Of a DNA stretch of 64,000 nt, positions 46,271-55,438 are shown one piece after another. Made by a program: the position numbers and the translations under genes. The DNA is from a virus: IMG/VR virus record IMGVR_UViG_3300042522_000315, positions 1 through 64,000 of that record, one strand, 5' to 3'. A model generated the notes under the pieces. It ran no database searches, was not told the DNA's origin, and was given only the letters and a program-made list of their open reading frames with translations. Position 1 is the stretch's first letter. Each line of letters begins with the position of its first letter.

Positions 46271-46953
46271 ACGATGCCATCTTTGTGATAAGCAGTGCGC
46301 TTGTTTGTCCAAATCATCTTTCAATTTACTCAACAGAAGACCGTTTTAATCAAACGATTGAGACTTTGAATTCAATTGACAAGTATATGCCTAACAATCA
46401 AAAGATTTTGTTTGATGCGTCTTCTGTTGAACCAGAAAGTAAATATTTTGATGAACTAGTAAAGAGAAACACGGTTGTTCTTTTTACAGGCAGAGATGAA
46501 AACGTCAAAAAATTTTCAGAAGCGGGCGTAAAAAGTGCTGCTGAATCCATTTCTTTTATGATGTCGTTGAATTGGATTCGTGAGAATGAAATAAAAACAA
46601 AGAGAATATATAAGATATCAGGTAGATATCAACTAACTGATAACTTTGTTCCTGGTCTAGAACATGTAGGTAAGTATGTGTTTACTGTTCCTACTAAAAC
46701 TTGGATGCCAAAAGAACAATCAGATTATATTGGCGTAGATCATGTATATCAATCAAGACTTTTTCATTTTGATTATGATCTATTAGATCAGACGATAGAA
46801 AAGCTGAAATATGTTATCCGCGATTGTCTTACATTGCCGATGGACATAGAACATGCTTATTACAAATATTTTAATGCCTTTGCTCCTATTGAAATGGAAA
46901 AAATAGGACTATGCGGCAACTTAGCACCAAATGGAGAACGTATAGATGAGTGA
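46267..46953 (+). CDS. hypothetical protein of the glycosylation island
   Basis: RFNQTIETL.SI, IYKISGRY, DIEH. Confidence 0.55.
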   Translation: MNDAIFVISSALVCPNHLSIYSTEDRFNQTIETLNSIDKYMPNNQKILFDASSVEPESKYFDELVKRNTVVLFTGRDENVKKFSEAGVKSAAESISFMMSLNWIRENEIKTKRIYKISGRYQLTDNFVPGLEHVGKYVFTVPTKTWMPKEQSDYIGVDHVYQSRLFHFDYDLLDQTIEKLKYVIRDCLTLPMDIEHAYYKYFNAFAPIEMEKIGLCGNLAPNGERIDE

Positions 46954-47509
46954 TTCTTTTTATTATAACTCTACTGGTAATTTTGGAATAACACCAAAGT
47001 TTAAGTGTTCTGGTTACGGACTTGGTAAGATGATTGAAGGATTAGAAAATCCTGTAGGTGTTGAAATTGGTCTGGCTGAAGGATTCACTACAAGATTTTT
47101 GATGGAATCAAATAAAAATCTTACTCTATATTGCATTGATCCTTACATTAACTACATTGATTGGAATGGTACAAATCTAAACGAAAGAGAAAACATATAT
47201 CAGCAGTTTCTAGATAACACAAAGGTGTTTGGTGATAGAATTAAGTTTCTCAGAAAGTATTCAGATGATGCTGTCTCTAATATCGAAGATAACTCTCTAG
47301 ACTTTGTATTTATTGACGGTCTACATACGTTTGAGCAAGTTACTAAAGACATGACGAATTACTATCCTAAGCTTAAAGATGGTGGTATATTTTCAGGTCA
47401 TGATTTTAGAGTGATCAAGTGCATCAACGAGGCAGTGATAGAGTTTGCTTCTTCTAAGAATAAGACTATCTTAGAGACAGAGTGTGACGTTTGGTATTGG
47501 TATAAGTGA
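46946..47509 (+). CDS. class I SAM methyltransferase (Methyltransf_24-like)
   Basis: GVEIG..EG, IDPY, DFVFIDGLH, GG..SGHDF. Confidence 0.85.
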   Translation: MSDSFYYNSTGNFGITPKFKCSGYGLGKMIEGLENPVGVEIGLAEGFTTRFLMESNKNLTLYCIDPYINYIDWNGTNLNERENIYQQFLDNTKVFGDRIKFLRKYSDDAVSNIEDNSLDFVFIDGLHTFEQVTKDMTNYYPKLKDGGIFSGHDFRVIKCINEAVIEFASSKNKTILETECDVWYWYK

Positions 47510-47518
47510 GGTTTATTT

Positions 47519-48292
47519 ATGGGTACTACAAGAGAAGATGTATTGAACATGATGGATCTACACAGAAATGGAATCTTAGATTTCTCTAAAAAGCTTTCTG
47601 TTGCAGACATAGGAGCTTCACAACTTCATTATCATGTTTCAGGAATATCAGGTAAGATAGTCAATAATGAATTTGTGCCTAATGAGAAAACATATCCTGA
47701 CAGTAAAGATTTTCTAAAAGAAGTTTTTGAACTGTTTGGTAAGAATGCGTCTTTTGATGATTATTCTTCTGGAATGTTAGCACAAAGGTTCTACAAAGAT
47801 TTAGAGTTTGACTATCTCGCTATTGACTTAGACACATATAATGATCTTGATTATGTGTTAAAACTAGACTTGAATGTAGATCGTTGTCCTGATGACAAGA
47901 AAGGTCAATATGATCTTGTTGTCAATAATGGAACAACAGAACATCTGATAAACCAGACAAATGCATTCAATGTCATGCACGACCTATGTAAAGTTGGTGG
48001 TGTAATGTTATCTACTGTTCCTTGTTTTGATATCAATCACGGGTTCTTTAACTATTCTCCCATCTTCTTCAAGCAACTGGCAAAAGCAAATGGATATGAA
48101 ATAATCAGTGTTCACCTCCAGTTTGTAAATAGTGGTAATAATCTACTGAACATCTATGTTTATTCCATTACAAGAAAGCTTAATGATGCAGAGTTTATAC
48201 AGCCATGCCAAATTTTTGACAATGGTAATTTTGACTCTAACATCATGTATAATGCTTCATATCAGAAGAACGATATCTGCATAGTCATTTAA
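47519..48292 (+). CDS. putative SAM-dependent methyltransferase
   Basis: DIGASQ, YLAIDL, YDLVVNNGTTEH, HDLCKVGG, HGFFNY.P. Confidence 0.65.
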   Translation: MGTTREDVLNMMDLHRNGILDFSKKLSVADIGASQLHYHVSGISGKIVNNEFVPNEKTYPDSKDFLKEVFELFGKNASFDDYSSGMLAQRFYKDLEFDYLAIDLDTYNDLDYVLKLDLNVDRCPDDKKGQYDLVVNNGTTEHLINQTNAFNVMHDLCKVGGVMLSTVPCFDINHGFFNYSPIFFKQLAKANGYEIISVHLQFVNSGNNLLNIYVYSITRKLNDAEFIQPCQIFDNGNFDSNIMYNASYQKNDICIVI

Positions 48293-48302
48293 AGGATAGA
48301 TT

Positions 48303-49163
48303 ATGAAAAAGAAAATTAGAGTAGGTTTCGCAGATTTTGGAATGAGTCCAGATTGGTTCATTTCTATTTTATCTCAGAAGTATGATGTTGTTCGTGACGA
48401 CAATGATCCTCATATATTGATTTTTGGTGATGAAAATTTTGGTAACAAAAATGAATCGTATGACTCAGCAAAAGTCTTCAAGGTCTTCTTTACTGGTGAG
48501 AACAGAAGATTTTGGAACTATAAGTGTCATGCTGCTATAACGTTCGACCACATAGATGAACCGTATCATTTCAGATTACCTCTTTATGTTCATGAGATAA
48601 ACAGTCTCGTAAATGAACAAGGGTTTTCTACACCATTTAATCTTTCTGAACCAGCAGAAAAGACAGGCTTTGCTTCTTTTGTCGTAAGTAATCCAAATAG
48701 TGAAAAGAGAAACCAACTGTTCAATCTGCTTAACAACTATAAGAAAGTTGACAGTGCTGGACCTTTGTTCAATAACATTGGTTATGTTATTCCTAGACCA
48801 ACTTCTGCAAAGATAGATTTTCTTAGAACAAGAAAGTTTCATTTAGCTTTTGAGAACAGCAGTTATCCTGGATACATCACAGAAAAGATTATCCAAGCTG
48901 CTTATGCTAGAACTGTTCCTATCTATTGGGGAAGCACAACTCTTGAAATGGATTTCAATCCAGAAGCTGTGATAAACTGGCATGATTACAGAGACGATCA
49001 CTTGTTCTTAAAGCGAGTGATTGAAGTTGACAGCAATGATGATCTATACTATCATATGCTAAATCAACCTTTGTTTAGAGGTAATAAACCTAACAAGTTT
49101 ATGGATATGGAAGTATTTTTAACATGGTGGGATTCCATGATAATGACGAGGATAAATTTATGA
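48303..49163 (+). CDS. GT10 alpha-1,3-fucosyltransferase-like protein
   Basis: FTGEN, FVVSNP...R, KVDSAG, KFHLAFENSSYPGYITEKI, VPIYWG. Confidence 0.88.
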   Translation: MKKKIRVGFADFGMSPDWFISILSQKYDVVRDDNDPHILIFGDENFGNKNESYDSAKVFKVFFTGENRRFWNYKCHAAITFDHIDEPYHFRLPLYVHEINSLVNEQGFSTPFNLSEPAEKTGFASFVVSNPNSEKRNQLFNLLNNYKKVDSAGPLFNNIGYVIPRPTSAKIDFLRTRKFHLAFENSSYPGYITEKIIQAAYARTVPIYWGSTTLEMDFNPEAVINWHDYRDDHLFLKRVIEVDSNDDLYYHMLNQPLFRGNKPNKFMDMEVFLTWWDSMIMTRINL

Positions 49164-49990
49164 GTAACATTACTGTAGTCACAGCCTTCTTTGATATTGG
49201 CAGGAGCAATTGGAATAAAACTTCACATGGTATCGATACACCACATTATATTCCAAGATCAACTGAAAGTTATTTCAGCTACTTTGAAAATCTAGCCAAG
49301 ATTAGAAACGATATGATTATATACTGTTCAGAAGAACACGCTGAAATCATCTCTAAGATAAGAGAGAAGCAGTCTCCAGGTTCTAGAACAGTTGTTGTTC
49401 CTCTTGACTTTAGTGAAATAGTAAAGAGTGCTAAGCCTGTGATTGAAAGAATTCAGAGTCGCAGAGAGTACATTGAGTTTGTAAATGATCCAAGAATGCC
49501 AGAATATTGGAATGCAGATTATGTGTTGGTAAACTATCTAAAGACTGATTTTGTTGTTGGTGCATATGAAAGAGACCAAATCAAAACAAATATTGCTGCA
49601 TGGTTAGACTTTGGATATGTTAGAAGTGAAAAGACTTTACCTAAGTCTAACATATGGGATTATGACTTTGATCCTAACAAGATGCACTACTTCAATAAAA
49701 AAGACATTGACTTTGGCAGACCAATCTTCGATATCATAAGACATAATGATGTATACATCATGGGATGTCATTTAGTTGGTGGTAAAGAGGCGTGGTTCAG
49801 ACAATTATCATATAACAAGCAATCTTTATCGTCCATGATTAATTGCGGCTTGATTGATGATGATCAAACAGTATTGTTGATGAACTACAAGATGAATCCA
49901 AATGATTTTGAACTTCATCCAATTAACGTCAAACGTGAAGAGTGGGATGAATGGAATATCGCAATGCTTAAGTTTAATAAGGAAACTTGA
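49160..49990 (+). CDS. HtrL/YibB (WlaTC)-family protein
   Basis: ITVVTAFFDIGR..W, PEYWNADY, AWLDFG, DDDQ. Confidence 0.8.
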   Translation: MSNITVVTAFFDIGRSNWNKTSHGIDTPHYIPRSTESYFSYFENLAKIRNDMIIYCSEEHAEIISKIREKQSPGSRTVVVPLDFSEIVKSAKPVIERIQSRREYIEFVNDPRMPEYWNADYVLVNYLKTDFVVGAYERDQIKTNIAAWLDFGYVRSEKTLPKSNIWDYDFDPNKMHYFNKKDIDFGRPIFDIIRHNDVYIMGCHLVGGKEAWFRQLSYNKQSLSSMINCGLIDDDQTVLLMNYKMNPNDFELHPINVKREEWDEWNIAMLKFNKET

Positions 49991-49991
49991 G

Positions 49992-51215
49992 ATGGTTAAA
50001 AAAGTAGCCGTTATTGGTGCCGCGGGTCACGTAGGTTTCCCATTCAGCCTTGTATTGGCTGATGCTGGACATAATGTCATAGGCATTGATAGAAATCCTG
50101 CCGCATGTATGCAACTATTAGGCGGCTTTGTACCTCATAAAGAAGAGGGAGCAAAAGACTTGCTAATGAGCTTGCTCAGTACAGATCGTTTGACTTATAC
50201 AACAAACACAGAACTCTTAGTAGAATGTGATGCTGTTGCAATCATGATTGGTACTCCTGTTGATGGTGAAGGTAATCCTAGAGTTGATGATATCATTGAC
50301 TTCGTGAAGTATGATCTTGCTCCTAATCTCAAAGAAAACGCAGTCGTAATACTGAGAAGCACAGTTGCTCCTGGAACTACTGATCTTCTAGAAAGTATTT
50401 TGTTTGATGAAACTGATGTTCCTTTTCATATTGTATTCGCGCCTGAGCGTGTAGCACAAGGTGTAGGTATTGTTGAAAGTAAGAAGTTTCCTCAGTTGAT
50501 TGGTGCAAGAACGAAAGAAGCTTTTGATGCTGCAAAAGAAATCTTTACATTCGTAGAAGAGTGCATTCATCTAACTCCTCGTGAAGCTGAATTTGGTAAG
50601 CTTATTACAAATATGTATCGTTATGTGACATTTGCTCTCGCAAACGAATTCTACATGATTGGCACAGAACAAGGATTAGATGTTCATAAGGTTATTGATT
50701 CTGTAAACAAGAACTATTCTCGTATGGCATTACCTAAACCTGGCCCAAATGTAGGTGGTCCGTGTTTATTTAAAGACGGTAAGTTTTTACTTGAAAATGT
50801 TCCTTATCCAGAACTGATTCAAGCATCATTCCTCATCAATGAAGGAATGCCTCAATATATGTTCAACGCGATAATGAAAGAAAAACCTGAAACGAAGAGA
50901 ATTGGTATACTTGGTGCAACATTTAAAGCAGATTGTGATGATGCACGTAATAGTCTTAGCTTCAAGTTTGCGAAGATTTGTAAGAGACATGGTATTGCGT
51001 ATGCATTCTTTGATCCATATATCGCACATCCCGACAATGTATGGCCGACCCATGATATAAATGATTATGATGCCTTCGTTGTGATGACTCCTCACAACCA
51101 GTTTAAGAAGTTTTACGATGAACACATTTCAAAGAAGACAAACATTCTCATTGCAGATGCATGGAAATTTTTAGACGAAAGCAAGAAAACAAAGAGTGGA
51201 ATATTTTACACATGA
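49992..51215 (+). CDS. nucleotide-sugar dehydrogenase (UDP-glucose/GDP-mannose family)
   Basis: IGAAGHVG, GTP, LRSTV.PGTT, PER, VGGPCL.KD, FK...DD.RNS. Confidence 0.9.
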   Translation: MVKKVAVIGAAGHVGFPFSLVLADAGHNVIGIDRNPAACMQLLGGFVPHKEEGAKDLLMSLLSTDRLTYTTNTELLVECDAVAIMIGTPVDGEGNPRVDDIIDFVKYDLAPNLKENAVVILRSTVAPGTTDLLESILFDETDVPFHIVFAPERVAQGVGIVESKKFPQLIGARTKEAFDAAKEIFTFVEECIHLTPREAEFGKLITNMYRYVTFALANEFYMIGTEQGLDVHKVIDSVNKNYSRMALPKPGPNVGGPCLFKDGKFLLENVPYPELIQASFLINEGMPQYMFNAIMKEKPETKRIGILGATFKADCDDARNSLSFKFAKICKRHGIAYAFFDPYIAHPDNVWPTHDINDYDAFVVMTPHNQFKKFYDEHISKKTNILIADAWKFLDESKKTKSGIFYT

Positions 51216-52201
51216 GCAAGATTTTAGTAACAGGATCTGAAGGTAGTCTGATGCAGGCTGTCATTCCTTATCTATTAGATCAAGGACATGAAGTCATTGG
51301 TGTTGACAATTTATTCAGATACAATGAACGATTGAATATCGCAAAGGGTTATCTATTCGAGAATTTAGATTTGACAAATGCGTATGATGTTCACTCTCTA
51401 ATAGGTAAATACAAACCAGATTATATCATTCAAGCAGCGGCAAGGATATTCGGCGTTGGTGGCTTCAACAAGTATTGTGCAGACATTCTTTATAATGATG
51501 TGACTTTACATGGTAATATTTTAGAGTCTGCATATAATTGGAAAGTGAAGAGAGTCGTTTACATCTCTTCAAGCATGGTATATGAAAATTGTCCTCAAGA
51601 TGTTTTTAGACCTGTTTATGAAGATCAAGTAGATGTTTTTCCTGCACCGCACACCGAATACGGAATGTCTAAGTTTATAGGTGAGAGACTATCACGTGCA
51701 TACAAAAAGCAATATGATCTTGATTATACGATTTGGCGTCCGTTCAATATCATAACTCCTTATGAGAAGTCTGAAGGTGATGTAGGCATATCTCATGTCT
51801 TTGCAGACTATATCAAAAATATCGTAATAGAAAAGAAACAAGTTTTACCTATCATTGGAGACGGCAAGCAAATTCGTTGCTTCACGTGGATTGATGATGT
51901 TGCAAGAGCAATTGCACAACATTCTTTCTCTGAAACAACGAAGAACGAAATCTTCAATTTAGGAAATAAAGAACCAATTTCAATGTCTGAACTTGCTCTT
52001 ACTATTCGTGATATTGCTGTTGAAAAGGGTATGATTGAAGATAATGCTCTTGTGTTTGACAGCATTGCAGAATATGAGAATGATGTGCGTGTTCGTGTTC
52101 CTGATGTCACAAAGGTCAAGCAGATGTTAGGATGGGAAGCCAAGATTAAAGTGGATGAAAGTATTGATCGCTGTTTAGAAAAGATAAAAGTGCATGTCTA
52201 A
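51212..52201 (+). CDS. NAD-dependent epimerase/dehydratase
   Basis: ILVTGSEG, SSS.VYE, YGMSK, RPFN, GDGKQ.RCFT. Confidence 0.88.
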   Translation: MSKILVTGSEGSLMQAVIPYLLDQGHEVIGVDNLFRYNERLNIAKGYLFENLDLTNAYDVHSLIGKYKPDYIIQAAARIFGVGGFNKYCADILYNDVTLHGNILESAYNWKVKRVVYISSSMVYENCPQDVFRPVYEDQVDVFPAPHTEYGMSKFIGERLSRAYKKQYDLDYTIWRPFNIITPYEKSEGDVGISHVFADYIKNIVIEKKQVLPIIGDGKQIRCFTWIDDVARAIAQHSFSETTKNEIFNLGNKEPISMSELALTIRDIAVEKGMIEDNALVFDSIAEYENDVRVRVPDVTKVKQMLGWEAKIKVDESIDRCLEKIKVHV

Positions 52202-52406
52202 TAATTCTATTTGTACGAAGGTGTGTGAATATGAAGACACTAAAAGAATATGCCGAGGATGCGGCAGGACGGCTGAAGAAATCGAAGAATGGTTCTACGC
52301 CAACAAAGAAAGAAAAATCGAAATCGCCAAAGTCGCCAGGAAACGCACCAAAGATCGCAAAGAAGCCGAGAAGCAAAGGAAAGTGATTTCTGTTGACTTG
52401 ATCTGA
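52194..52406 (+). CDS. DUF1289-like small Cys-rich protein
   Basis: SICTKVC......CRGCGRT.EEI..W. Confidence 0.75.
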   Translation: MSNNSICTKVCEYEDTKRICRGCGRTAEEIEEWFYANKERKIEIAKVARKRTKDRKEAEKQRKVISVDLI

Positions 52407-52421
52407 TTCCTATAGTATATT
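52393..52421 (+). promoter_or_regulatory. sigma70-type promoter
   Basis: TTGACT-17 bp-TATATT. Confidence 0.65.
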
Positions 52422-52451
52422 GTTATAACTCAAACACACATAGAGGAAGTT

Positions 52452-52682
52452 ATGGCTAGCACCAAGTATTTTACGGAACACGTTGAGATTGATGTTGATC
52501 TTTCTGAATGGACAGATTCCGAACTAATCGAAGAAGTCAAGTCTCGCGGCTACAATGTAGAACAAGAGCCTGACCTCATTGAAGCTGAATACTATTGGAA
52601 TCGTGGAAATAAAAAGGAAGCACTTATTCTTGTGGAAAGAGAATATAAGTGGCTTCGTGGAATTGCTAATCTAGCTAACTAA
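52452..52682 (+). CDS. hypothetical protein
   Basis: VDLSEW.D.EL.EE...RG; GAGG Shine-Dalgarno. Confidence 0.6.
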   Translation: MASTKYFTEHVEIDVDLSEWTDSELIEEVKSRGYNVEQEPDLIEAEYYWNRGNKKEALILVEREYKWLRGIANLAN

Positions 52683-52694
52683 ATACTATCAATC

Positions 52695-52768
52695 GCGGGG
52701 TTGGTATATGGGTTGTGCCCCAGCCTTCCAAGCTGTAGAAGCGGGTTCGAGTCCCGCACCTCGCTCCA
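52695..52768 (+). tRNA. tRNA-Gly(TCC)
   Basis: Acceptor GCGGGGT/ACCTCGC, loop CTTCCAA, GGTTCGAG T-loop, encoded CCA. Confidence 0.9.
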
Positions 52769-52790
52769 ATTTAAATAATGAGGCATAGAC

Positions 52791-53030
52791 ATGATTTGGT
52801 TTATCGTTTTGAATGTTGTAATGAACAATGGTGATGTTTACACTGATGTTCATTATCCTAACTCTCCCTTATACAACAATGAGCAAGAATGCAATGCTGC
52901 TGGTCGTGAACTCGTAGACCAAAAGCAGATTGAAGTTGGCACAAACTCAGGCCGCACATATTATACTTGTATGGTAATCACTCCTGAGCAAATCAGAACT
53001 GCAACAGGAAAGTCTGGTAGCAATTCATGA
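52791..53030 (+). CDS. hypothetical small, possibly exported protein
   Basis: Hydrophobic N-terminus, two Cys. Confidence 0.55.
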   Translation: MIWFIVLNVVMNNGDVYTDVHYPNSPLYNNEQECNAAGRELVDQKQIEVGTNSGRTYYTCMVITPEQIRTATGKSGSNS

Positions 53031-53710
53031 ACTACGTTTTTGATGTAGACGGGACTCTTACTCCGTCTAGAGGTCTGATCGACTCTGAGTTTGAATCATT
53101 CTTTCTAAACTTCTGTAGGACACATCCCGTCTACATTGTTACTGGTTCAGACTACAAGAAAACCGAAGAGCAATTGGGTTCTGATATCTGCTATGCAGTA
53201 GAAGGAATCTTCAATTGCTCTGGTAATCTCTTGGTCAAGAGAGGACTGATAATTCAACAGTATCACTTTAAGCTTACTGAACAAGAAAGAGAAGCACTTG
53301 AAAATGAAGCAATGATTTCAGGCTTCTCTGTTCGTACTGGTAATCATATTGAAGAACGTATTGGCACTGTCAACTTTTCTATAGTAGGACGTAATGCAAA
53401 CAAAGTGCAGAGACATCAGTACATAGAATGGGACAATGCTACAAACGAACGTAAAATTATATGTCAGAGACTGAACAGTATGTTCCCACGACTCGATTGT
53501 GTAGTTGGTGGTGAGACTGGTATTGATATCTTTTTGAAGGGCAAAGATAAGTCTCAGATTGCAAAGTATGTATATCCCTTCACGTTCTTTGGTGATAAGT
53601 GTGAAGTGGGTGGCAACGATCATACAATCTATCTATTAGCTGATCACGCGCATTGGGTAAGAGACTGGCAAGACACATATCAAATTTTAAAGGACATTGT
53701 AGAACAATGA
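53027..53710 (+). CDS. HAD-IIB phosphomannomutase-like enzyme (eukaryote-type PMM)
   Basis: FDVDGTLT, VTGSD, HIEER.G.VNFS..GR, GGETGIDI...G.DK, FFGD....GND. Confidence 0.85.
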   Translation: MNYVFDVDGTLTPSRGLIDSEFESFFLNFCRTHPVYIVTGSDYKKTEEQLGSDICYAVEGIFNCSGNLLVKRGLIIQQYHFKLTEQEREALENEAMISGFSVRTGNHIEERIGTVNFSIVGRNANKVQRHQYIEWDNATNERKIICQRLNSMFPRLDCVVGGETGIDIFLKGKDKSQIAKYVYPFTFFGDKCEVGGNDHTIYLLADHAHWVRDWQDTYQILKDIVEQ

Positions 53711-54444
53711 AAGTGTATATTGGACCACATGTAGGCAATCGTTACGTTGCTGATTTCCATTACAAGCATATGAACAAGAAATATGGATATGAGTGGGAAG
53801 AAAGCACCACTCGTTTTGACAAGTTTCTTGAAAAGCTTGAAAGCTGGTGTCAGACTGTTTTAGATGCAACAATCAACAAGCTTGTCAGTAATCGTAAGCG
53901 TAAGATCAATGTTCGCATTGATAACTATGACACTTGGTCAATGGATCACACGCTGGCACATATCACTCTTCCTATGTTGAAGCAGCTTAGGGATACCAAG
54001 CATGGCAGTCCTTTTGTAGATAAAGAAGATTTGCCTGAACATCTTCGTTTCTCTGAAAGAGAGAAAGCAGTCTTTGATTATGGTTGTTTTGATCATAGTT
54101 TGAATGCCACTGAAGAAGAACTTGAAGCGGTGGACAAAAAGTTTCAATCTCAGTGGCTTTGGGTTATTGACCAGATGATTTGGAGCTTTGAGCAGGAGCT
54201 TGATGAGTATGAAAGCGATAAGAATTTCTATGATCCTTATGCTCCTGATGAAGCGATTGAACCTCGTACTTACAGTGTTTTGAAAGCTGATGGCACTGTG
54301 GTTGAAAAAGAAGAATTATGTTGGTCTGAAAAGCGTGAGCGTGAACGCGGCAAGTTCAACAAAGAAAAGTTTGATGCTTATCATAAGCGCAAGCAGAACG
54401 GATTTATTCTCTTCGGTAAATACTATCAGAATCTGTGGGACTGA
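53707..54444 (+). CDS. hypothetical protein
   Basis: MKVYIG, IDNYDTWSMD.TLA.I..PML.QL, LFGKYY..LWD. Confidence 0.65.
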   Translation: MKVYIGPHVGNRYVADFHYKHMNKKYGYEWEESTTRFDKFLEKLESWCQTVLDATINKLVSNRKRKINVRIDNYDTWSMDHTLAHITLPMLKQLRDTKHGSPFVDKEDLPEHLRFSEREKAVFDYGCFDHSLNATEEELEAVDKKFQSQWLWVIDQMIWSFEQELDEYESDKNFYDPYAPDEAIEPRTYSVLKADGTVVEKEELCWSEKRERERGKFNKEKFDAYHKRKQNGFILFGKYYQNLWD

Positions 54445-54446
54445 TT

Positions 54447-54707
54447 ATGAAGTGTAACACATGCAATACTGAGTATAAAGCTATGCCATATCTTGATGAA
54501 ACAGAGCAAGCAAATGGTTGTGCTGCAACTCTCTATCTGCATAGTGGCACACACTACATTCTTGCTCATTACGGTTCACGATACGATATGCAACGGTACG
54601 CTCTTAAGCGCGGACCATTTTATGATACAGGTAACATCTGCGATAACTGTATAAATAATCTTATCAATGAAGGCAGAGCAGGCCTAATTGAAGACGGAGT
54701 TTGGTAA
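54447..54707 (+). CDS. hypothetical Cys-rich protein
   Basis: CxxC...CxxC. Confidence 0.55.
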   Translation: MKCNTCNTEYKAMPYLDETEQANGCAATLYLHSGTHYILAHYGSRYDMQRYALKRGPFYDTGNICDNCINNLINEGRAGLIEDGVW

Positions 54708-54728
54708 CTCTCTAGAAGGAATAGAACT

Positions 54729-54929
54729 ATGACATACAAGACTATTTCCGAAGAAATTCTAAAACAAGCCGCAGAGATTATGGGTCCCGATAGCAACTTT
54801 CACACAGCACTGAAATGGGGCGATGACTATAGACAAGCAGGTATGAACCCAGTATACTATACTAATGATGAAGAACGTATGGTGTATGTGACTACCGAAG
54901 AAAAGATGAGTGGAACTAAGTTCAATTAA
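54729..54929 (+). CDS. hypothetical protein
   Basis: 66-aa ORF with AGGA Shine-Dalgarno. Confidence 0.5.
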   Translation: MTYKTISEEILKQAAEIMGPDSNFHTALKWGDDYRQAGMNPVYYTNDEERMVYVTTEEKMSGTKFN

Positions 54930-54938
54930 GGAGATACT

Positions 54939-55121
54939 ATGAATATTCTCGAAACACAATGGAAGCAACGTGAGTATGACGGCAAGTGGGAGAAGCTTGC
55001 TAAAATTATGGATTATGACAACAAGTATGTCTATAAGACCGAAAGTGGATCTAGAATGACATATACCCCAGAGAAGTGGACAACAGTTGGTGTTTTTGAT
55101 TACGTAGGAGAAATTGAATAA
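54939..55121 (+). CDS. hypothetical protein
   Basis: 60-aa ORF with AGGAG Shine-Dalgarno. Confidence 0.5.
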   Translation: MNILETQWKQREYDGKWEKLAKIMDYDNKYVYKTESGSRMTYTPEKWTTVGVFDYVGEIE

Positions 55122-55438
55122 TGGCAGGCAATGTAAAACTTATTAAGCTAACTAATCGTGATGAAATTCTGGCAGAAGTTCTTCACTTTGACAGAGACAA
55201 TTTGGTGATGAAGAATCCTGTCCGCATTGTGGTACTTGGCACATCTAAGGTCGATCCAAACACACCAAATGTTGGTATTGCACCATGGGCAGAATTCTCT
55301 GAAGATAAAGACTTCACGATTGACAGGGTACATGTTCTCTGTATAATGAACCCTGTATCTGATTTCCTTAATCAGTACAATTCTATTTTTGGTGGCATCA
55401 TTGCACCTTCGAGTAAACTCATTCTTCCTGGAGCATAA
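55121..55438 (+). CDS. conserved T4-like hypothetical protein (Sm-like) upstream of the DNA polymerase
   Basis: VKLIKL...DEILAE, NPV, PW..FS, NQYNSIFG. Confidence 0.65.
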   Translation: MAGNVKLIKLTNRDEILAEVLHFDRDNLVMKNPVRIVVLGTSKVDPNTPNVGIAPWAEFSEDKDFTIDRVHVLCIMNPVSDFLNQYNSIFGGIIAPSSKLILPGA

